Program-made: the position numbers and the translations under genes
The notes under the pieces: generated by a model
Seen by the model: the letters and a program-made list of their open reading frames with translations, nothing else
The model's database searches: none
Told to the model about the DNA's origin: nothing
Assembly (NCBI GenBank): GCA_039589315.1
Contig: JBDHHQ010000017.1
Location: forward strand, 55,618-119,617
Direction of reading: 5' to 3'
DNA from: Gemmatimonadota bacterium
GTDB lineage: Bacteria; Gemmatimonadota; Gemmatimonadetes; Longimicrobiales; Gaopeijiaceae
Length of the DNA: 64,000 nt
Shown: piece by piece, positions 10,251 to 18,463 of the stretch
Position numbering within the stretch: the first letter of the stretch is position 1
How the letters are laid out: every line of letters begins with the position of its first letter

Positions 10251-10912
10251 CTGTCGCCGTTCAGCACCCGCGCCGCTCGCGTGGGGTTGAAGACGGAGCA
10301 TACGCAGAAGCGGGCCAGCAGCCGCGCGGCCTCTTCGGCGGTGGCCCGCCCCGACTCGACCCGGTCGATCATCTTCCTGGCGAGCCCGTGGGAGATCATG
10401 CCATGGCCACACATGGTGCTGAGGCGTAGCGTCCGGTCATCGGGGAGCTTGTCCGTCCGACCCGAGAAGCCGAGGGAGTACTCGACGCTGTGGCGGCTCA
10501 GGGAGCAGGCTTCGCAGCACGCGGTGCCCGCTTCGGCGAGAGCGCTCAAGTTGACCGACAGCCCGAGGTCCTTGGCCACCAGCTCTCGAACGAACGCCTC
10601 CGCGGCCTCGCGCCGATCGAAGACGGCAGTGACCAGGCTCGGCTCGGACACGCCACGGATCACCGCCTCGGGATCGGGCGTCGTGTCTCTGGTCCAATGA
10701 ACCAGCGGCGTGAGCCCTCGCCCAGGCTGATGCCATCCTCCCTTCTTGCCATCACCCAGGTTCACGGGTCCGTGCTGGAGTGACAGCCGTAAGAACGTCC
10801 GCTGTAGCTCCACCGCGTCCTGGTCATTGAGTCCCCGAGCGGGCATGGCGAAGACGATGTAGTCGTCCCGGAGATCCTCCCGTTCGCCGAATCGGTGGAG
10901 CGAATGGGTCAT
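10247..10912 (-). CDS. Uncharacterised Cys/His-rich protein
   Basis: MTHSLHR start; CCEAC...H, MCGHG and CVCSVFNP motifs; ATGA overlap with the upstream Fe-S gene. Confidence 0.8.
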   Translation of the reverse strand: MTHSLHRFGEREDLRDDYIVFAMPARGLNDQDAVELQRTFLRLSLQHGPVNLGDGKKGGWHQPGRGLTPLVHWTRDTTPDPEAVIRGVSEPSLVTAVFDRREAAEAFVRELVAKDLGLSVNLSALAEAGTACCEACSLSRHSVEYSLGFSGRTDKLPDDRTLRLSTMCGHGMISHGLARKMIDRVESGRATAEEAARLLARFCVCSVFNPTRAARVLNGDS

Positions 10913-11745
10913 GGCGACGCCCCCGCGCGGGCTTCGGCCAGTGGGGCATCGAGGGCCCGGCCGAGTCCCAGGTTGGTCTTCGCCCGGACGACGGGCCGGT
11001 TCGCTTCCGCGAGGATCCGGTCCAGCTCCGTGTGGCCGGCGTCGTCACAGCGGGCGTACACACCTATGGCCATCACGGTGTCGATCCGCTCCGCGACCCG
11101 GTCCAGGGCGTCGAGGATCGCCGAGACCCGGGACGGCTCGCTCCGGAACTCCACAATGGCCGACATGACCCGCTCTCCCAACACGTCAGGATCCAGCGTG
11201 CCCGCTTCTCGATCGCTCATCAAGTGCGTGATGGGGTTGGCCTCTTCGAAGGCAAGGCCCATCTGCGCCAGGGCGCGCGTGACCTGCTCGATGTCACGGA
11301 ACCACGCGCCCACGCCCGGACGGCCCAGCTCGACAGTAAACCCCACGTCGCCGACCTCGACGCGCCCCGTCACGTCGTTCGTCTTCACTTCTTCCGTGCC
11401 GCGGCCCAGGATGCCGGTGCTCTCATGGGTGGCCTGGACGTCGGAGAAGGCGCGGCGAACCGTGCGGGGCCAGGTGAGCTCTTCGGGTACGATGGCCGAA
11501 GTGGGACAGACGTCGGGCTCGGGGTCGAAGCGAAGACGGAGCGCACCGAGCAGGCGACGGGTCGCGCGCAGGAGGGTCGGGCTCAGGTTCTCCGTGCTCA
11601 TGCCGCGGTAGCACGTAAAGCACTCCACGCACTGGTCGCGGTCGACCACGGCGCGCCGAACGCCGGGATCGATGCGGATGGCGCCCATGGGGCAGACGGC
11701 CACGCAGTTCCCGCAGGCCACGCACTTCTTCGGGTCGACTCGCAT
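10909..11745 (-). CDS. 2x[4Fe-4S] ferredoxin domain fused to an uncharacterised C-terminal domain
   Basis: CVACGNCVAVCP and CVECFTC...(about 30-aa insert)...VCP, then GRGTEEVKTNDVTGR. Start moved to the ATG at 11745. Confidence 0.85.
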   Translation of the reverse strand: MRVDPKKCVACGNCVAVCPMGAIRIDPGVRRAVVDRDQCVECFTCYRGMSTENLSPTLLRATRRLLGALRLRFDPEPDVCPTSAIVPEELTWPRTVRRAFSDVQATHESTGILGRGTEEVKTNDVTGRVEVGDVGFTVELGRPGVGAWFRDIEQVTRALAQMGLAFEEANPITHLMSDREAGTLDPDVLGERVMSAIVEFRSEPSRVSAILDALDRVAERIDTVMAIGVYARCDDAGHTELDRILAEANRPVVRAKTNLGLGRALDAPLAEARAGASP

Positions 11746-12005
11746 ACGCTCGGGGTCCGGGGCGTTGGGCGCTCGGAGGCGCCACCCAGCCGGGTAAGCC
11801 ACCACGCTCCGTAAGGAAAGGATCGGCGCCGTCGGGCGCATCTGCTGTCCGGCGTCTTCACCCGTTTCGAGTGGGGAGAAACCCGCCTCGGCGCCGGTCA
11901 CGACTCGGGACGCCGCCTCTGGGTGCGACCTTGCCAACCGCGCAGTCCCAGCCCACGCTGCTCTCCGGTTCTCGCACGCTGCCCTCCGCGACCGGAAGAA
12001 GCACG

Positions 12006-13532
12006 GTGTCGATCCAGGCGCTCGCCGCTCCCCTACGCCTGTCCTGGGCGTTCGCCCTGACCCCGGGATTGCTGGCCTGTGCGCCCCCCGCTCCCAGCGA
12101 CGCCGTCCTCTTCGACGACGCGAGCGTCATCGACGGCTCCGGCGCGGCCGCACGCACCACAGACGTCCGGATCCGGGGCGACCGCATCGTAGATGTGGGA
12201 GACCTGGAGCCCACCTCGGCCGATTCGGTGATCGAGGCGGCCGGCCTGGCGCTCGCACCCGGCTTCATCGACACCCACAGTCACCACGACAGAGGGCTCC
12301 TGGAGACACCCGGCGCGCTCGCGGCGGTCAGCCAGGGCGTCACTACGGTGGTGGTGGGGCAGGACGGCGGGTCTCCTCTGCCGCTGGGTGACTTCTTCCT
12401 GGACCTCGAGGCCAGCCCGGCGGCGGTCAACGTTGCCGCGTACGCCGGCCACAACTCGATCCGGTCCCTGGTGATGGGGGAGGACTTCAGGCGCGAGGCG
12501 ACCGCCGAGGAGGTGGCGGCCATGCGCGCGGTCCTGGCAGAGGAGCTGGAGGCGGGAGCGCTCGGGCTCTCCACCGGCCTCGAGTACGATCCCGGGATCT
12601 ACTCGTCCACCGACGAGGTCATTCGTCTGGCCCGGGACGCGGCAGCCGTCGGGGGGCGATACATCAGCCATATGCGCAGCGAGGACCGTGCGTTCTTCGA
12701 GGCGCTGGACGAGCTGATCGAGATCGGCCGTGCCACCGGCATGCCGGTCCAGGTGTCGCACATGAAGCTCGCCATGAGGAGCCTCTGGGGACGTGCCGAC
12801 GAGGCTCTGGCACGGCTGGACGCCGCCCGGGCCGAGGGCATCGACGTCACGGCCGACGTCTACCCCTACGAGTTCTGGCAGTCGACCATGACGGTCCTCT
12901 TTCCGGGGCGGTCCTACACTCGTGAGGCGGCCAGCTTCGCCCTGGCCGAGCTGGCTCCCCCCGACGGAATGCTCATCGCTCGCTTCGAGCCCGAGCCGGC
13001 GTATGTGGGCCGGACGCTGGCCGACATCGCCGAGTCCCTCGGCGAGGACCCGGTAACGGTCTACCTGGAGCTGATCGAGCGCGCCCAGGCCATGGAGGGA
13101 GACGAGAGCATCATCGCACGAAGCATGACGCCGGATGACATTGGCGCCCTGCTGGCCTGGCCTCACACCAACGTGTCCAGCGACGGCAGCCTGGCCGGCC
13201 GCCATCCCCGGGGGTTCGGCGCCTTCACGCGCGTCTTTCGAGAACACGTCCGGGGGCGCGGAGACCTGGAGCTGGAGGAGGCCGTCTACAAGATGACCGG
13301 TCTGGCCGCCGACCACATGGGGATCTCCGACCGCGGCGCCATCCGGGTGGGCGCGTTCGCCGACCTGGTGCTCTTCGACCCGATCACCGTGGGCGACCGG
13401 GCCACGCCCGAGGAGCCCACCGCCACCTCGGAAGGCGTCCTGGGCGTGTGGGTGAACGGGCAGCACGTGTATGGCCACGACGGGGTCGGGGACCGTCGGC
13501 CCGGCCGCGTGATCCGCCGGGGTGGGGGCTGA
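12006..13532 (+). CDS. N-acyl-D-amino-acid deacylase (D-aminoacylase) family amidohydrolase, probable lipoprotein
   Basis: LAPGFIDTHSH, GQDG, SHMRSE, VSHMK, ADVYPY, HPRGFG motifs; LLAC lipobox. Start (GTG at 12006) is uncertain. Confidence 0.88.
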   Translation: MSIQALAAPLRLSWAFALTPGLLACAPPAPSDAVLFDDASVIDGSGAAARTTDVRIRGDRIVDVGDLEPTSADSVIEAAGLALAPGFIDTHSHHDRGLLETPGALAAVSQGVTTVVVGQDGGSPLPLGDFFLDLEASPAAVNVAAYAGHNSIRSLVMGEDFRREATAEEVAAMRAVLAEELEAGALGLSTGLEYDPGIYSSTDEVIRLARDAAAVGGRYISHMRSEDRAFFEALDELIEIGRATGMPVQVSHMKLAMRSLWGRADEALARLDAARAEGIDVTADVYPYEFWQSTMTVLFPGRSYTREAASFALAELAPPDGMLIARFEPEPAYVGRTLADIAESLGEDPVTVYLELIERAQAMEGDESIIARSMTPDDIGALLAWPHTNVSSDGSLAGRHPRGFGAFTRVFREHVRGRGDLELEEAVYKMTGLAADHMGISDRGAIRVGAFADLVLFDPITVGDRATPEEPTATSEGVLGVWVNGQHVYGHDGVGDRRPGRVIRRGGG

Positions 13533-13636
13533 CCGGCGCGTTCGTGCGCGCCGCCCTCGACGTGGCGTGCGGCTCGGCTGGCTCCCGCGACCCGGGAGTC
13601 CTTCGGTCAAAGGGAAAACGAGAACGGGAGACCGCG

Positions 13637-14602
13637 ATGAAGCGCCGAGAGTTCGTGCGAGCCAGTCTCGCGGCGGGGGCCGCCTCGGTGATGGCTCCCA
13701 GGGATGGGGCGGCGGACGTGACCAAGCCACATGAGGTAGGGCTGACCGCCGCGAGGGGATCTCGGGCGACCGCACGGCAGGCCCCCGAGCCGTTCCATCT
13801 GGATTATGCCCCCCACTTCGGCATGTTCAGGGCCCACGCAGGGGATGACCCCATCGGCGAGCTCCAGTTCATGGCCGATCAGGGGTTCCGGTCTCTGGAG
13901 GACAACGAGATGGCGCGGCGCCCCGAGGCCCAGCAGCGGCGGATCGCCGCCGAGATGCGCCGCCTCGGGCTGCGCATGGGGGTGTTCGTCGCTCACACGA
14001 TACACTGGACCGAGGCCAACCTGGCATCGGACGACGCAGGGAAGCGGGCCGAGTTCCTGGAGGAGATCAGAGCGGCGGTGGAGGTGGCCAACCGGGTCGA
14101 GGCCACCTGGATGACCGTCGTGCCCGGTCACGCGGATCTGGCTCTCCACCCCGACTACCAGACGGCGAACGTGGTGGAGGCCCTCAAGCAGGCGTCAGCG
14201 GTGCTCGAGCCTCACGGTCTGATCATGGTCCTGGAGCCCCTGAACCCTCGGGATCATCCGGGCATGTTCCTGACGAGGATCCCCCAGGCCTACCAGATCT
14301 GTCAGGCGGTGGACAGCCCCGCGTGCAAGATTCTGGATGATCTCTACCATCAGCAGATCACCGAGGGGAACCTGATCCCCAACATGGATGCCGCCTGGGA
14401 GGAGATCGCGTACTTCCAGATCGGCGACAACCCGGGCCGGAAAGAGCCCACCACGGGCGAGATCAACTACGCCAACGTCTTCGCGCACATCCGGCAGAAG
14501 GGATTCGACGGCATCCTCGGGATGGAGCACGGAAACTCTCAGGAGGGAGCCCGTGGCGAGGTCGCCGTGATCGAGGCGTACCGGAGCGTGGATCCGGGCT
14601 GA
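13637..14602 (+). CDS. Hydroxypyruvate isomerase family TIM-barrel protein with a Tat signal
   Basis: MKRREFV Tat motif; LEPLN, DLYHQQITEGN and QIGDNPGRKEPTTGEINY motifs. Confidence 0.88.
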   Translation: MKRREFVRASLAAGAASVMAPRDGAADVTKPHEVGLTAARGSRATARQAPEPFHLDYAPHFGMFRAHAGDDPIGELQFMADQGFRSLEDNEMARRPEAQQRRIAAEMRRLGLRMGVFVAHTIHWTEANLASDDAGKRAEFLEEIRAAVEVANRVEATWMTVVPGHADLALHPDYQTANVVEALKQASAVLEPHGLIMVLEPLNPRDHPGMFLTRIPQAYQICQAVDSPACKILDDLYHQQITEGNLIPNMDAAWEEIAYFQIGDNPGRKEPTTGEINYANVFAHIRQKGFDGILGMEHGNSQEGARGEVAVIEAYRSVDPG

Positions 14603-14623
14603 TCTGCTTCCCGGAACGCTGGC

Positions 14624-14653
14624 GGGGCGTCCCGACAGGCCACGGGACGCCCC
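14624..14653. terminator. GC-rich hairpin between convergent genes, possible terminator
   Basis: GGGGCGTCCCG-N8-CGGGACGCCCC perfect 11-bp stem, 21 bp after the 14602 stop. No U-tract. Confidence 0.4.
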
Positions 14654-14759
14654 ACCGCCCTCACGCTCGCGCTCTCCGGTCGGATCCGTGATGCCCCTTC
14701 GCTCGGTGCGCTTCCGCTTCGAGCCGGCAGGCGTATCCCTCGAGCGCCGGACGCTCGAC

Positions 14760-15491
14760 TCACCCACCCGGCGGCGGAATCGCCTCCCACAGGACGTCGT
14801 CGTGGGCCATGATCATGTCGTAGATGGGGTGATCGAGAGGGACGGCCTCGAACAGTCTGGCGTTGAAGTCGTCGATGGCGTCCCACTCATCGAAGAGCGT
14901 GACCATCTTCCAGTTGAAACGGCCGCCCGTGTTGTGCTCCTCCTCCACCCAGCCCGTGAGCAGTCCGTCGGTCCGGCCCTGCTCGAGCAAGGGCTTGAAA
15001 GTCTCGTCCCACATCTGGTTCCACTCTTCGAGATCGGCGAAGTTCACCTGGAAAACGGCGTCGTAGAAGTAGCGGCCGCCGCCGCCTTCCTGGACGTTGA
15101 GCTCACCGATGTTCCAGATCTCGTCGGTGTGGGCCTGGATCAGCCGGTTCGTCCGCTCGAATCGCTCCGGGGAACGCGCCGCAAGGCGGGCGAGATACTC
15201 GTCCCAGAATGCGGAGAAGTCCGTCGTCTCGTCGCCCCGGATCGCCTGACGGATGTTGTGCTCGCCGCCGGTGTGGTGCATGTAGGCTCCGAAGCCGGTG
15301 ATGACTCCTTCGTCCACCAGCTCCTGCAGGACAGGCACCGACTCCTGGTTGAAGAGGTCGATCCACTCTGCCAGGTCTCCGTAGCCGATCTTGTAATAGG
15401 CCACGTAGACCCGACCCGCGGGGTCCTCCTGCGCGAGCGTGGGCGACGCCGCCAGAGCCAGGCCAACGAGGCCGAGAATCAATCGTTGCAT
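14760..15491 (-). CDS. Exported acidic protein with two tandem homologous domains
   Basis: Signal peptide (PTLA-Q); GGAGG RBS; the two halves share DL.EW...., H.TGG..N and AH.D..W. Confidence 0.82.
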   Translation of the reverse strand: MQRLILGLVGLALAASPTLAQEDPAGRVYVAYYKIGYGDLAEWIDLFNQESVPVLQELVDEGVITGFGAYMHHTGGEHNIRQAIRGDETTDFSAFWDEYLARLAARSPERFERTNRLIQAHTDEIWNIGELNVQEGGGGRYFYDAVFQVNFADLEEWNQMWDETFKPLLEQGRTDGLLTGWVEEEHNTGGRFNWKMVTLFDEWDAIDDFNARLFEAVPLDHPIYDMIMAHDDVLWEAIPPPGG

Positions 15492-15773
15492 GGTGCCTCC
15501 AGAGATGGATGGGGCCGGCTATCCGGCGCAGGTACGCGCACGGAAGGAGGAAGGGCAGATGACGGGCTCTTCCGGAGGAGGACGGGAGGACGCCATGCTG
15601 CCCCCTTCCATCGACGCGACGTTCAGCAGCGACGCCGGGCACGCCCCGGGTCGGCGCTCGGCCGAACGGCGGGAGGAGCCAGGCATTGGACGGTTCAACA
15701 ATGGCCACGGCCGCCGCAAGAGTTTCCTGGCGGAGACCTGGATGTGCCTCAGGTCGGCGGGAGTCTTCCGGAC

Positions 15774-18440
15774 TCAGCCGCCGCCGTCCGCTCTGGGCGG
15801 CACCTCCTCCATGGTGGACGCATACAGCGGGTTGAACAGCAGCTTGAACGTGTTGCCGGGCTGGCCCCGGGTATTGGGCCGAAATCCCAGGAGCACAGCG
15901 CGGCCCTGCCCGTGGGGCACGAGCAGGCCGGCCGGCGCGCCGGCGAGGTGCTCTTCCGCGCCGATGGCCCAGCCGTCGGCCAGGAGGTCTGACTCCGGGA
16001 AGGACGCGAACGTGCGGATCGGCCGCTTCAACGTCTGGTCTCCACCCGAGGCCGCCTCTTCGGAGGCGGCGGGCAGGACGCGCATCACGTGGGCGTGCCG
16101 CCAGAAGAGGGCGCTGGCTCGCTCCTGCATGCCCCAGGCCATGGGATCGGAGGGGTCCACCTCGACGCGCATGAGCGAGCCGGGGATGTAGAAATCCCGC
16201 GCGTCCACGCTGGCGATCCGGTTCCGCACCGGCAGCCCCAGGGCCGACGCCACGAACTCCACGGATTGGTGCGCTCCCAAGATCCAGCCGCCGTCCCGGA
16301 CCCACGCGTCGATGGCGGCTGTGCCGGACGCACCGACGCCGCCGGTGTACTGCTCGGGTAGCGCGAGGTCGGCGTGGCCCTGGCGGATGCCCTCCACCGT
16401 CTGATCGGGGAAGATCAGGATGTCGTAGTCCGCCAGGCGACCGGCCGTCAGGTCGGCATCGTGCAGGGTGTCGGCCTGGAATTCGTAGGTATCCAGCACC
16501 CAGCGCGTCCAGCCCTCGGGCATGGTGGTGACCCAGCTCTTGTACAGGCCGATCCGGGGCGCCCGGATTGCGTGGGCGGACACCTCGGGTGGGCCGTCGA
16601 CGCCATGGAAGTCCAGGCCCAGCTCGCCCGCGAGTCGGTCCAGGGCGGCTCGGTCGGCATCACGGATCAGGAAGGCACCGGCGGCCAGGTCGACCTCTCC
16701 GACCCGGACGTCCCCGGCAAGCCGCGCTACCCGAGCCCCCCCCGCCAACAGCCGGTTCACCGCCCGGTACGACTCGTTCGATGATGCCGCCAGTACGTGG
16801 CCGTAGCTGCCGCCGGTGACTTGACCAGGATCGGGACGCACCTCGTCGATCACGTCTTCGGGTAGGTCGAACGGAGCGTATACCCGAGCGACGGTCACGC
16901 CGAGCTGATCCGGGAGGTTGTATCCCGTGAAGTCGTAGGGTGTCTCCGGCGGCCCCCCGGGATAGTCGAAGCGGTCGGGGTAGCGGCGCGTCTCCATGAG
17001 GTCGATGACGAACGGCCGGTACGCCTGCGGCCCGATGACGTACGCGCCCTCGGGGAAGACCGTGTCGTTCACCCGGAACGAGCTCTCTGCGCGTCGAACC
17101 TCGACGCCGCCGTGGCGCAGGACGCGGAGGAGTCGAAGAGCCGCACCTGGATCGTGCTGGTCCGATGCGTCGATCACCCAGGCAAACGGTCCGTCCTCGG
17201 CCGCCTCGCCCCTCTCGATCTGCCGGCGGCCCAGGAAGTAGGTGTCGTACAGGAACTGGTCGCCCACACGGGAGGCGAGATCCAGCACGGCCTTGGACCC
17301 GGTCATCATGTAGTCCATGGCGTCACGGATGTGCCAGCATCCGCCCGCCCACGGGACCGGGTACTTCATGCTCGGCTCCATGGTCTTCATGGGGATGTTC
17401 CGGGTAAACATCTCGCCGATCTCGTCCTCGTCGTAGCAGTGGGGCGTGGCGTACTTGTAGAGGGCCGTCTCGGTGAAGAAGCCGTACATGTTGTGGAGCT
17501 GGGGCACGGTCACCATGAACCCGCCCCCCCACGAAACGCGGTAGCCGATCCCGGTGCTCACGCCCGGCTTCCCCTCGGCCATGAACCGTTTGAGCATGTA
17601 CTGGCCGATCGTGGAAAGCCCCGCGGGAATGACCGGGTCCACGGTGGGGCTCAGCGGATCGGCCGGTGGCGGCACCCAGATGCGGCCGGGGAAGGGGCCG
17701 GTCTGATGGTGGTTGTAGATCAACTGGGGGAACCACTCTTCGTAGAAGATCCGGGACGCGACCTGGGTCTCGGCCTGGGTGAACATGTACCAGTCGCGGT
17801 TGTTGTCGTGCCCGATGTAGTGGTGGTAGAGCCCCGGCAGGTCGGCGGTCTCGAAGGGGGTGCCGAGGTTGCTGCGGTACCACCCCGTGACGATGTCCAT
17901 GCCGTCGGGATTGATGTTCGGCATCAGGAGCACCATCACGTTCTCCCGGATGCGCCGGGCCTCCTCGTCCTCGCCGTTGGCCAGCCAGTGGGCCAGCTCG
18001 GGCGTGTGCAGCGTATGGGCGACCTCCGTCGCGTGGAGCCCGCCGTCGATCCAGACGGTGGGCAGCCCCTCGGCGACGAGCGCCCGGGCCTCTTCGTCCG
18101 TCAGGCCCCGTGCGTGCGACAGCCGCCGGTTGATCTCCCGGATCCGGTCCCGCCGCGCCAGGTTTTCGGGCGAGGAGATGAACGCCAGCAGCATGGGTCG
18201 GCCCAGCGTGGTCGTGCCGATCTGCTCGACTTCCACGCGGTCCGAGGCCTGGTCCAGGGCGCGGAAGTACTCGACCACGGCGTCGTAGTCGCCCAGGTGG
18301 TAGTCGGCGCCCAGCTCGAAGCCGAAGACCTCGTTGGGGTGGGGTACCTCTTGCGCAGACACCGGAGCCGGCGCCAGCGAGGCTATGACGGAGCCGGTTA
18401 CCGCCACGACGGCGAGTGGCGGGATGTGGAGCAGCCGCAT
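15774..18440 (-). CDS. M14 family zinc carboxypeptidase, exported
   Basis: IDGGLHATE (H-x-x-E), NPDG, HDNNRD and NHHQ motifs; C-terminal GWTRWVLD domain; AGGAGG RBS before the ATG at 18440. Confidence 0.9.
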   Translation of the reverse strand: MRLLHIPPLAVVAVTGSVIASLAPAPVSAQEVPHPNEVFGFELGADYHLGDYDAVVEYFRALDQASDRVEVEQIGTTTLGRPMLLAFISSPENLARRDRIREINRRLSHARGLTDEEARALVAEGLPTVWIDGGLHATEVAHTLHTPELAHWLANGEDEEARRIRENVMVLLMPNINPDGMDIVTGWYRSNLGTPFETADLPGLYHHYIGHDNNRDWYMFTQAETQVASRIFYEEWFPQLIYNHHQTGPFPGRIWVPPPADPLSPTVDPVIPAGLSTIGQYMLKRFMAEGKPGVSTGIGYRVSWGGGFMVTVPQLHNMYGFFTETALYKYATPHCYDEDEIGEMFTRNIPMKTMEPSMKYPVPWAGGCWHIRDAMDYMMTGSKAVLDLASRVGDQFLYDTYFLGRRQIERGEAAEDGPFAWVIDASDQHDPGAALRLLRVLRHGGVEVRRAESSFRVNDTVFPEGAYVIGPQAYRPFVIDLMETRRYPDRFDYPGGPPETPYDFTGYNLPDQLGVTVARVYAPFDLPEDVIDEVRPDPGQVTGGSYGHVLAASSNESYRAVNRLLAGGARVARLAGDVRVGEVDLAAGAFLIRDADRAALDRLAGELGLDFHGVDGPPEVSAHAIRAPRIGLYKSWVTTMPEGWTRWVLDTYEFQADTLHDADLTAGRLADYDILIFPDQTVEGIRQGHADLALPEQYTGGVGASGTAAIDAWVRDGGWILGAHQSVEFVASALGLPVRNRIASVDARDFYIPGSLMRVEVDPSDPMAWGMQERASALFWRHAHVMRVLPAASEEAASGGDQTLKRPIRTFASFPESDLLADGWAIGAEEHLAGAPAGLLVPHGQGRAVLLGFRPNTRGQPGNTFKLLFNPLYASTMEEVPPRADGGG

Positions 18441-18463
18441 GGCGGACCTCCTGGGACTCAGGT

